The translations under genes were made by a program, and so were the position numbers. DNA of 64,000 nucleotides, from positions 868,001-932,000 of the forward strand of contig OZ374558.1 of assembly GCA_977862235.1 (NCBI GenBank), given 5' to 3'. This DNA comes from Dudresnaya verticillata (Eukaryota). Positions 11,582 through 21,126 of this stretch are shown piece after piece. The notes below the pieces were generated by a model. It ran no database searches and had not been told where the DNA came from. It worked only from the letters and a program-made list of their open reading frames with translations. Position 1 is the first letter of the stretch. Each line of letters opens with the position of its first letter.

Positions 11582-13512
11582 TGTGGATTGACGGACGCGG
11601 AGTCGAATAGGGAGCCGTGTCCGGGATGTATCACGCGGGAGGTTAGACAAAGCCGTTGTAGTAGCTTGTACCAAGACGTCCCGGTCCAGTGTGGCACTAG
11701 AATGACCCCGTGTGCTTCCTCTGCTTCTATTTTCAAGAGCGTGAACGCGATGAGCTGAGGTGGGGGGTTCCAAAGACGACTCAGTCCGTCCCCCCAATAC
11801 TCCTGGAACTGTGCGCGTATGACCTTCGAGCGGGCCGCGGGGGCCTCCTTGAGTGGCCAGAAGCGCCGAACGCGCTGTAACTTGAGAGAGACTTCTAATG
11901 AGTGAAGTAACGAAGGGGTTGCGGCTAGATCCCGGCTGTCCCATGTGCGGCTCAGGCGGTCCGCGTGACGGTTCAAGGCGTACGGGATCCAAACCGCCTT
12001 GAGAGTCACCTTCATTTCCCGTAGGAGGTTGTGCAGGAGGCGTAGCTCTGGCATGAGTTCGGGGCTGGAAGAAACCATATTGTTGACGATATGGAACACC
12101 GACATATTGTCTACATGTAACCTGATCCTCCCTTGATGTCCGTGGAGCCGCGCGGGAACCAAGTCCTCTTCCAGTGTCCGCCGTACGGCCACGAGCTCCC
12201 TGTAGTTGATAGATTTCAACCTTAGGAAGGGGGACCACATCTGTCGCACATGCACCTCGCCATCCGCTCCAGCCGACAAGTCCCTCCCAAGGGTGCCACC
12301 AAATCCAACGTCCGAGGCATCCGTGTGGAGGTTCCAGGATTCCTGGCCCCCGTAAATAAGACGCCCATCGCCCACCAACATCTCGCTCCAGGCCTTTAAA
12401 TCTCTTAGGCCAGAATTGCTCAGACGAATTTTGCAGGATGGATATCTTCCAATGCGACGACGGTCCTGTAGTAGATCGTTGTATAAACCTCGAGTGAAGA
12501 AACGCGCCAGCGGAATTGGGGTTAGCTGCGAAACAGCCTTCCCTGTCAAAGTCCGGACTAGGGACTCCCGTACCCAGCGCTTGGACTTCGCAACAGTAGT
12601 GAGGGGGGCTTTGGACAAGTTCCGGAGCTTTCCAATCTTTTGGTCCGTAACGAAATATCGGAATTGCTCTGTGTCGATGACCACCCCCAGATGTTCTAGG
12701 CAAGTAGTACCTCGGCCCCAGACTCCTTTGTCTGGATGTCTTAGTAGTCCAAGCTTGAGAAATAACGAATCTAAGACCTCGCATAGCTCCATGCAATCCA
12801 TTTTGGTGCTTGGCGAGGTACCAACACCAGGGACCAGTAGATAGTCGTCGATCCATGTTAACACACGGCAGTTTAAAGCAGACCTGATGTATCTGGTTAA
12901 CGGGGCCAGCAGATGGCAAAACCAAAAAGGTGACCGTGTCCACCCGAAGGGAAGGGGATTACATCTGTAGAACTTGCCCTGATATCGAAATATAAAACAG
13001 TTCCACATCCGACTGTGCAGAACAAAATGGCGATACCCCCCTTTCCAGTCGAAGGAAAGCATATGGTCCCCAACCAGCAGGCAAGCCCCAAAGGCGGAAA
13101 GCGTCTCCATAAGCACTGACTTTTTGCACCAGTGGGTTGACTGCTTCTTTAAATTGATAATAAAGCGCCCCTTTCCTTGACTCCAGTCCACGAATGCTGA
13201 AGATACGTAGTTGCCTTTCGCCACTTGCTGCAGGGCGTAATCCTTTGTTATAGCCTGATACACTCCGGCGGCACAGCCTTCGTCTAGGTCCTTCGCAGCG
13301 AATTCTTTGTCGGTCGCATTCTGGGGAATCTCCGGAAGCATGACACCTTCTGTAAAGGGAACATCCGGGGGATCCCAGATTCCAAAGCATAAGCAGCGTA
13401 TTATGTACGCTGATGCCCCGATGGTACGCCAAGCCTCGGCATTTCTCCTTGTGAATGCCCATCTGGCGTGACGCCAAGTAGGTGGTCGGTGTGGTTCTGT
13501 GCTGTTCATCAT
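11479..13512 (-). CDS. pol: reverse transcriptase, RNase H and degenerate adenine-methylase-like domain (677 aa, open)
   Basis: GRFIINLK, SFDWKGGYRHF, LPFGWTRSP, WIDD, HLGVVID; RNase H HTDAS, INYREL, VDN, NRHADRLSR; C-terminal LWNPPP...LLKIEAEEAHGVILVPHW...WY. Confidence 0.93.
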   Translation of the reverse strand: MMNSTEPHRPPTWRHARWAFTRRNAEAWRTIGASAYIIRCLCFGIWDPPDVPFTEGVMLPEIPQNATDKEFAAKDLDEGCAAGVYQAITKDYALQQVAKGNYVSSAFVDWSQGKGRFIINLKKQSTHWCKKSVLMETLSAFGACLLVGDHMLSFDWKGGYRHFVLHSRMWNCFIFRYQGKFYRCNPLPFGWTRSPFWFCHLLAPLTRYIRSALNCRVLTWIDDYLLVPGVGTSPSTKMDCMELCEVLDSLFLKLGLLRHPDKGVWGRGTTCLEHLGVVIDTEQFRYFVTDQKIGKLRNLSKAPLTTVAKSKRWVRESLVRTLTGKAVSQLTPIPLARFFTRGLYNDLLQDRRRIGRYPSCKIRLSNSGLRDLKAWSEMLVGDGRLIYGGQESWNLHTDASDVGFGGTLGRDLSAGADGEVHVRQMWSPFLRLKSINYRELVAVRRTLEEDLVPARLHGHQGRIRLHVDNMSVFHIVNNMVSSSPELMPELRLLHNLLREMKVTLKAVWIPYALNRHADRLSRTWDSRDLAATPSLLHSLEVSLKLQRVRRFWPLKEAPAARSKVIRAQFQEYWGDGLSRLWNPPPQLIAFTLLKIEAEEAHGVILVPHWTGTSWYKLLQRLCLTSRVIHPGHGSLFDSASVNPQWAIEIAEVGRRPLSRSSLPSEIASLALGVDRPV

Positions 13513-14147
13513 TTCTTCGCGCCGCCCGCCTTGGGCGCATCGCGATCCTTTTCTGCGGACGGGTTGCTGTTGCCTGCCTTCGCAATACTCTTGGCAGCCT
13601 CAACAACGTACTTGGCAGACAGCTCTTTATATACGGAGGCATACATTTCGGATTGGACCTGCGCATGTTTTGCCTCAACTTTGGTTTCCACGAGTTCTGC
13701 AATCTGACTAGCCATAGCAGGACCTTTGGTGAGCACGGCGTAAAAATGGGAGGTACGCATAGCCAATACTTCCTTGCTGGCCAAGAGAGAGTCATACAGG
13801 ATCTGTAGCATCCTTCCTTGCTCGGCAGCGTCTCCAGAATCCTTGAATAAGTCAAATGCACAAAGACCCTGCTCAATCCAGGTCCCCGCACTGTGTACAT
13901 ACTCCAATTCTTTTCCATTTCTCCTATCCTTCCGGGTAGTGTCCCGATAGAGATTTGTATCGGGCTTAAAGTAGCTCGGCTGGTGCGGCTGCAGGAGTTC
14001 AGCGCGAGGCCATATAACTGAACGACCAGCAAGACTGCTGGCAAGAAGATGGTTGATGACCTTGCTGTAGTCCTCCGGACCGGCGTCCAGGATGTTCGTT
14101 GACTTGAACGGTGACTCAGCATTGTTATCAGTGGGTTCAATTGACAT
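13509..14147 (-). CDS. gag-like ORF1 of element A (212 aa from the first ATG after the repeat)
   Basis: Homologous to ORF1 of elements B, C and D (KELEYVHSAGTWIEQ, EVLAMRTSHF, ELSAKY); stop overlaps the pol ATG (ATGA). Confidence 0.8.
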   Translation of the reverse strand: MSIEPTDNNAESPFKSTNILDAGPEDYSKVINHLLASSLAGRSVIWPRAELLQPHQPSYFKPDTNLYRDTTRKDRRNGKELEYVHSAGTWIEQGLCAFDLFKDSGDAAEQGRMLQILYDSLLASKEVLAMRTSHFYAVLTKGPAMASQIAELVETKVEAKHAQVQSEMYASVYKELSAKYVVEAAKSIAKAGNSNPSAEKDRDAPKAGGAKK

Positions 14148-14201
14148 GCGGTTAGATACGTCCCCACCCGGAAAGCGAGTGTAACACCTTTCGACTCTTG
14201 A

Positions 14202-14526
14202 GGAAGAAAGGATAGACTTGCCGTCTCGTAGGGAGAGCGACCAGCGGTGGCTATATATACTGTAGCCGCCATGTGGGGAGAGACCCCGAGTTGCACTTCG
14301 CAGATTATGTTCCCATTGCAAGAACAATATGAACTTTGATCTTCCGGCGCGCGCATGCATCTGTTGGAGTCCTTCTGATTCTGCTTGCGACGGATGACAC
14401 AGATTCGTTGCAATTGAGTCCAAACTGGGAACGCAGCCTCATGCTACTCGATCGGGGTTTCGGACGCTCAGCCAAGTTCGCTATTCCCCGTAGTCATTAT
14501 CGTAAACCATTGACACCATATGAAAA
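14202..14526 (-). repeat. 5' copy (A1) of the element A terminal direct repeat
   Basis: Matches 10135-10470. Confidence 0.95.
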
Positions 14527-14817
14527 GGACGAATACGTGGTATATAATGGCCACTTTACAGTGCAATTCAACCCGCCGTATTAGAGCTAGATCCAAACCG
14601 CAATATTGAAGGGATAACTGGAGGGCCTGCATCGCGCTTGCTGTAAAGGTCGCGAAGAACAATGCAGATACTGGAAGTGCTCTTCCGAAGGAAGAGGAAC
14701 GGATAGTTAAGGGGTTCGGAAGAGGTAGGGAGTGTGGCGTTGGAGGGTAGGTTCATCCCTTTTCTTTTTACGTGAGAGGTTGCAAGCTCGAAAACTGCAC
14801 ATCTGAGGCGTCGTGTT

Positions 14818-15654
14818 CGTGGTGCAACACCCGGAAAAACGGGAATTTGCCCCTACCGTGTTCGCGCGGTCTCCCGCTGAGTGGTAGCAAAACGCCACGC
14901 GGTGAGGCGGGCGTTGGAAGAGTGGTAGAGCAGCCAGGACACGGGGTGTGCCCCGGGTGGTTGAGAACGTGTTGGGGGTCGACTGTAAACCCTCAGTTCA
15001 CGTAGAAGTTCTGTATTGCACGTAGAGCGATAAAGGCGGTTACGCCGGTAAAGGTAGTGAAGACAGGCAACGGAACAGGATACGTAGGCCCAGGTCGCAC
15101 ACGGTGTTGTCACCGAGGGCGAAGTTGGGGGTATCCTCCGGTCCCTAAGCCGGCTTTCCGCTTTACTGTCAAGGGGGTTCACCCCGTATACTCAGTATCC
15201 CCGCGGGAGGTGCGCGCCCGTGTGCGGCGCCGTCCGCTTGACACTTGGCGCGTGTACCGCGAGCTGACTAAAATATCGGGCACAAATATGTAGCGTAGAA
15301 ATACTACTACCGCACTGTAAATCAGTGTGAACTAAGGGTTCTCATTGCTGGCGCGCACTCGAGCGAGGATTCCCTCAGATATATTCGGCGCGCGTGTCGC
15401 GCGTGTATACGTGGGTGCGTGTACCCCGTGTATGTTGTTAGCGCGTACTGTACCGGCGCGCGCTCGCCGTGCCAAGGGCGAGTATCCCATTGATCGGATC
15501 TCGCGCGCGCGGCATAAGCGTAGGGGCCCATTCAACTCGCCGTGTATCGGCGTATGCTTTGCCCGCGGTCGATCCGCGTCTTCCGTCGTCCGCGCACCAC
15601 CCAGGCGGGTGTAGCGATATAAAAACGGGTTTATCCCCGGGGTCTTGCGCCACA
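14818..15654. mobile_element. Solo LTR (family B)
   Basis: Termini (C)GTGGTGC...GCGCCACA; 5-bp TSD GTGTT (14813-14817, 15655-15659); homologous to 44766-45456. Confidence 0.85.
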
Positions 15655-15659
15655 GTGTT

Positions 15660-18600
15660 CACCCTTGGTGGCTTCAGAATGTCGTTGGGTCTCCTTGTAA
15701 CAGTTCTCGACGATGCCCTTGTGCGTCTGCGGGTATTAAAGGGTGCGTAATTCTCTTCTTTCTTCAGGTCCCTGCCGTGGACTTCCGGTTTGTCTGATCT
15801 CCTAAGCGATTTGACCGTTATCGAGTTGAAGGCTTTCGTTGACGAGTTAAGCCCCGCGCTTCCTTGTGAGCTCGTTGTAAAAGCTATTGCACTTGTCGAA
15901 AATCCGTTCCCGGAAGAATTGATAGAACAGCTGGGTGCCTTGCATAAAGTGTCGATTGGAGCGCAGAGAGGTCCAAGAAATCGTCTTCGACATTTAGAGG
16001 GTATGGAGTGCCAGGAAGGATGATGAAGCCGGCCGCGCTTCCGTTGCATCTGCTATCGACATTGTCTTATTGAAGAAGAAACCGCACAAGGCTTCTTTGC
16101 ACATCTTGAAGACTTTGACGACTCTGGGTCTCACTTTCGAGGAAGTCTGAACTCGCGCTGGCAATCCATATGATTTCTAAACAGCCAAGATTCTTGTATC
16201 ACAGGCTGTGAAACTCCTTATTGCCTTTTGGGAGCATTCGGTTAGGGTTGACAGTATTGATAGATTCATGGGACGATTTTTCTTCGCGGACATTTCTACC
16301 AGATTTCAAAGTTTCTCTGAAGTTTGGGACGAAGATATGCTGGCCGACCCGATTCGGACGATGCTCGAAAACGTTCAGCTTTCCTTGCCAAGTATGGAGA
16401 GCCCCCGAGTCCGTCGGCGTCCTCTTGCCGTCGGTTCCTCGTCGCCCTTCTCATTGCATCACCCCCATCTCCACCTCAAACTGATGCCGCACCATCCCGG
16501 TCTCCCGTTCGACGGTCTCCGGCCCAGAATAGAACAAGTAACGCCCGGCCTAATGTGGTTCATTGAGTCGCGGCTGGCGACCGCCCCGCCGATCGCGGTG
16601 CGAGCCGCACCCCACTTTTGGCTGGGTTGCTTTCTTCAAACGGGTCCGAGTATTTCTCTGAGGAGGACAAGGGTTACGTGCCACGCGATCTTGGCCCATC
16701 TCGCCAATGTGGGCTCTCCCTGGATGTGGACCAGGATTTTCCGGGACTCCCTGTAAAGATACTGCAGATCTTGAGGCAGGGCGGATCCTACTTCAAGTTG
16801 CAGTACGAGCCGCTGCAGATCCAAATCTCGACTACAAAGGGCCTTCAGGGGTTACTGAAGTACTTTTACGCCGGGGAGCGCCTTACCAGAGAGATTTGCC
16901 GCGCATCTGGTCTTACAAAGAGCCCCTCTGACTGCCGGGAGGTGATGGAATCTGTCACAATCCACCGCACCCGTTCGGACCGCCGGTTGGCAAACGCACC
17001 CTGTTTCCCATCGGTAAGCCTGCGAGCGCCGTTCGAAATCCATCGCTGGATCTCGAACGGCTCGATTTGGCCGTGGTTGGAGCAGCTGACGGCAAGAGCG
17101 GGCTCAATCGGAAAAGACAATGCGGAAGGCTACCTGGCACGGGCCTTCCTGTGCATGGGCTTAGTATTGGAGAGTCTGCTGGACGAGTTCCATCCTCAGC
17201 ACATGATCTACTCCACGGCAGTCGAGCGGATGGTAAGGCGGGTACTAGTTGTCGAGAAGGCTTTACCTCTGGAGGAAACCGATCGGGGCGCCTTCATAGT
17301 GAAGAAAGTCGCGTTTCTGAGCATAGGAGGGGGGCTCTTCCGGAGGCGGGCGAGCTCCCCAAAAGAAAGAAGGCAAGACCCTATACCGCTGGTCGCTACG
17401 CACGCACAATTGCGCTTTTGAGGTGACAAAAGGCACGCACCTCAGATCCGCTCTAACGTGGTTGGAGACCGGCATCACCGGCCTGCCGGACGCATCTCGC
17501 GATGATCGACGAGACGCGACGACCAAAAAGGCCGAAGCTCAGCTCTGAGAGGCGGTTGTTCGGAACGCTGAGCCGCATAGGGTCCCGGGATCATCCCAAA
17601 CAGCAACCGCTAACCCTCGCGAAATACTCTTCGCGAAGTGCCAGCACCTTTTAACAGAAGAAAACTTACTCAAGGAAAGAAGCAACTGACCATTGGATCT
17701 GTGCAAAGAAAATGGAGCTCACCTTGGAGTTAAGAAGGACCAGTACTGTCAGTTACTTGAGAGGATGCGGGAGAGCAACATGGTCACATTTCTGGAGCCA
17801 TCTTCGGGCGTCATAGAAAAATCCCTCTTCGGGGTATGGAAAGCGGTGGGAAAATCTCAGAGGGTAATCTGGGGAGGCAATCACTCGAACCTTCTGTTCC
17901 GACCTGAATCTAGCGCGGTTGAGCTACCCACGCTAGACCTTCTCGCGAACCTGTCGCTGCCCCCTGGCAGGCACCTTTTCCTGGCCCGCGGTGACCTCTC
18001 ACAGTACTATAATCGCCTCTGTGCCCCGCGCTTTCTGGTTCCGCTGCTAGGGCTTCCGAAAATTCGAGCATCCGAGCTTGGGATGGCGAGCGCCTCCGGG
18101 TTTTTGGTGCCCTGCCTCTGCTGCATACCTATGGGAGCAACGTTTGCGGTCGCCCTCTCGAAGAAGATCTCCGTCGCATTTGTGCGGCGGACAGTCCTGG
18201 GGCTGCGCATCCTCTCACGGAAGGGGGAAGAGACAATCAAGGCGGGCCCAGGTACCATCATCATCTATCTCGATGATTTCAGCGCAGTGGGGACTGACAG
18301 GCATGGCGTCAATCGGGGCATTGATCGAATCGAGAAATGCTTGCGACACTGCAAGCTCCCACCCGCACCCAACAAGAGGCAAGTCGCAGGCTCCTGCCCG
18401 AATGAGGGTTTGAGGTGGCCTTGCGGCGTTCCTACCGTGAAACCTTCATATGCCAGACGGTTGCGCGAAATTACGGAGGCATTGATTGCTGCTAAAGCAG
18501 CCTCTCCACACGATATGCAACAGGTATGTGGGCTTTGGGTCTGAGCCTGTCTGCTGCGGCGACCGCGTCTTTGATTCTTTCTGCGATGGATGAGATGTTC

Positions 18601-20400
18601 GCCTTCGTCGACCAGCTAGATGCCAATCAGAAGCGGCGCTTGCCACGTAATGTTTTGATCGAGCTCAACATCTTCCTTGATTCGTTCCCAATGATGTACG
18701 CTGGCCTTCAAGCCCGCACGAGTCTCAGGTTCTACGATTCAGATGCTTCAACCTGGGGTGGCGGTGTAAGCTACGTGGATTTGCCTGCCTCCGTCCTGAC
18801 GGACTTCCTCGCTTGAGTGGCACAAACACGTGTTGCTAAGGGTTGGTACTCCTCTTTGCGAGGTGGGAACGTTTCGGACGCGACGGACACTGAGGCCCTA
18901 GTTCTCTCTGAGCGGACGCCTACTACAGATTTCGACCGGCTTCAAATCCCTCTTCAATTTACTGTATACTTCAAGACGGCTATTAGCACTCCATGACATC
19001 AACGTGGTTGGCACATAAATGCTCTGGAGATGGAGGCGGCCATTTTGGCTCTACGACATACGCGGAGGTCAAAAAACACTGAGCTCAAAAGGATCTGTCT
19101 CTTCATTGATAACACATCCGCGCTGGGAGCCCCAGCAAAAGGGCAGATCTTCCTCCTCACAGCTTAACATTGGTTGCCGTCGTTTCGTTGCGCTGGGGCT
19201 ACTGAGTGGAATTCAAGTTGACTTTTACTGGGTACCGTCAGACTTAAACCATGCCGATGGCCCATCCCGTGAGGTCCCCGGCAGTATTCCATTACCCTAA
19301 CAACGAACCCAGACTCTCGTACGAGGAAATCATATCACGACTCGTCTTCATCTTCCCACTGCATGCTAACGCGATCAAGCCTGCCACCCTTAAGGTCTAC
19401 CGACGTGCCGTTACCAACCTTTCAGCCTGGTTTTGATTGAGCCGACGGGATGCCCATGCCCTTCGCACTGATAGTCTGCATGATGCACTTGCCGCGACTA
19501 CCTTTATGCTTTACAACGACAACCCGAAATGGGTGCAGCGACAAAGATCAATTAATGTCATTGCTGGGCTTGAGTTCTTCATTCCATTTTTGCACCAAGG
19601 CCTTCGCATGCTCGTCCGGCTGTGAAGGGATGGGACAAGCTAGTCCCTTCATCATCCCCTCCCCCGCCGTCCACCACTATCGTAGGAGCGAATTGTGGAT
19701 TTGCCCTCACGCGAGGGCGTTTGGACCTCGCATTCGCATTTGCTACCACATTTTAGGAGTTCCTCCGTGCCGACGAACTTCTGTCACTCATAGTTACAGA
19801 TTTCGCTATTATCTGTAACCCCAGGCTGTCGTCAAGCGCATCAAGTTCGCGGGGGGACTGTTTGTTGGCTATGCAAAGACCGGAAAGATGTATTTTGTTT
19901 CTTTGAATAATGACGCCTACTTACATCGCTTACATCTTGGGTTCCAGGAGGAGGGCCGACTCTGTGCTTCATCACGGCCGTTTTCATTTTCTTATTACGC
20001 AATAGCAGAATCCCTCCACCGAGCGTTGAGGTATCTTGGGCTGAAAAACTTGGGGTACACGTTGCATTCTTTCAGGCATGACGGTGCTACAGAAGGTTAC
20101 TTACAAGGACTTCCTATGAATGAGATTATACTCAAAGGCGGCTGGATTTCAGATTCATCCTGCAGACGGTACCTCAATGTGGGAAAAGGTCTCCTTCTCT
20201 CCATGAAGCTCTCGCCTACATCTACTCGTCGTATTGAGAGCTTTTCGGCGGCCAATGATCCACTAGTTTAGGGGGCGCAGGCAGGGGGCCGGCTGACTAA
20301 CTCTTTGTCACACTGGGACAAAAACCGCGAGCCCCGCCTCGGTAACTCGCGCATAAAACTCTGGAGCCAAGTCGTCTAGGCGCACGCATGTCAATCCTGC
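15660..20400 (+). mobile_element. Degraded YR retrotransposon 'E' of a methylase-less type (Ngaro/VIPER-like); boundaries approximate
   Basis: ORF1-like region 16208-17421; RT 17693-18544 (FGVWK..QRVIW, VELP, GDLSQYY, IPMG, YLDD); RNase H 18526-19300 (SDAS, HINALE, WVPSDLNHADGPSR); YR 19251-20271 (HSFRHDGA, GGW, RRY). Confidence 0.85.
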
Positions 20401-21126
20401 CAAGAAATATCTTTCTGGCTGTAGATACTGGCCAAGAAATCGAATAGTGCTCTATCCGCTAACATTATTCATGCTACGCACCACCAATAGGTACATGTGC
20501 ACCTTATGTAGGTTTTTCGCAGCTCCATTCATTGACATTGGATTGTCGAATGAGATGCGTATGACAAAAATTAATCTGGAGCTTGGAATAGAAGTAATAA
20601 GCGGATACAGCCAATGAAAAGGAAATGAAGAGTTTACGGTGGTATACTATTCACTTTCTCTACCCAATAACTGTGGTATACTGACTAAAAGGAAGGATGA
20701 ATTTCAATGGAACAGTTAATGTGCGGGCGGGCAGGAGGTAGAAAGGATGAACTTACCTCCGGAATCCCCTCTGATTCTGGCAGCTTTCCTAAATAAGTCA
20801 ACGACTTCGCTCAACTTTTAGCGTTCCGGAGGGGAATGCAGTCGCGCTGTGAGAGAGTAGACGTTGGACTAATTTTGTCATTGACAACAATATCCCGCGC
20901 GGGAGTAGATTGGACTACTGACCTTGTCCATAAATTATTTCCACCGATTGTCAGCAGGAGGGGGAAATCTTCCTCCCTATAGTCACCAATCTGCCACCGT
21001 TCTTGCTCCCCTTGGCGCTGACATTGCGCAGGTTGCTCTGCTGAGCTCCCTTTTCTAGGTATTCGCCTCCATGCTGACGTTGTGCGTGATGCTCGACTGA
21101 GCTCGCTGCGCTCCGACCTTTCTTCC

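Larger units (their letters stand above)
9977..14527 (-). mobile_element. Near-complete DIRS/PAT-like YR retrotransposon 'A'
   Basis: gag, pol and YR ORFs; ~330-bp direct repeats 14202-14526 and 10135-10470; unique tail ending CATTTACTTTTC like element B; CTTTTC at both boundaries. Confidence 0.92.

Noticed and set aside
12959..14413. 484-aa ORF overlapping gag and pol of element A
   Set aside because: Starts inside the terminal repeat, has no recognisable motifs and has no clear counterpart in B or C
10135..14526. Calling elements A and B ordinary LTR retrotransposons because of their direct repeats
   Set aside because: No TG..CA ends, protease or DDE integrase; a YR is present and the element extends beyond the second repeat
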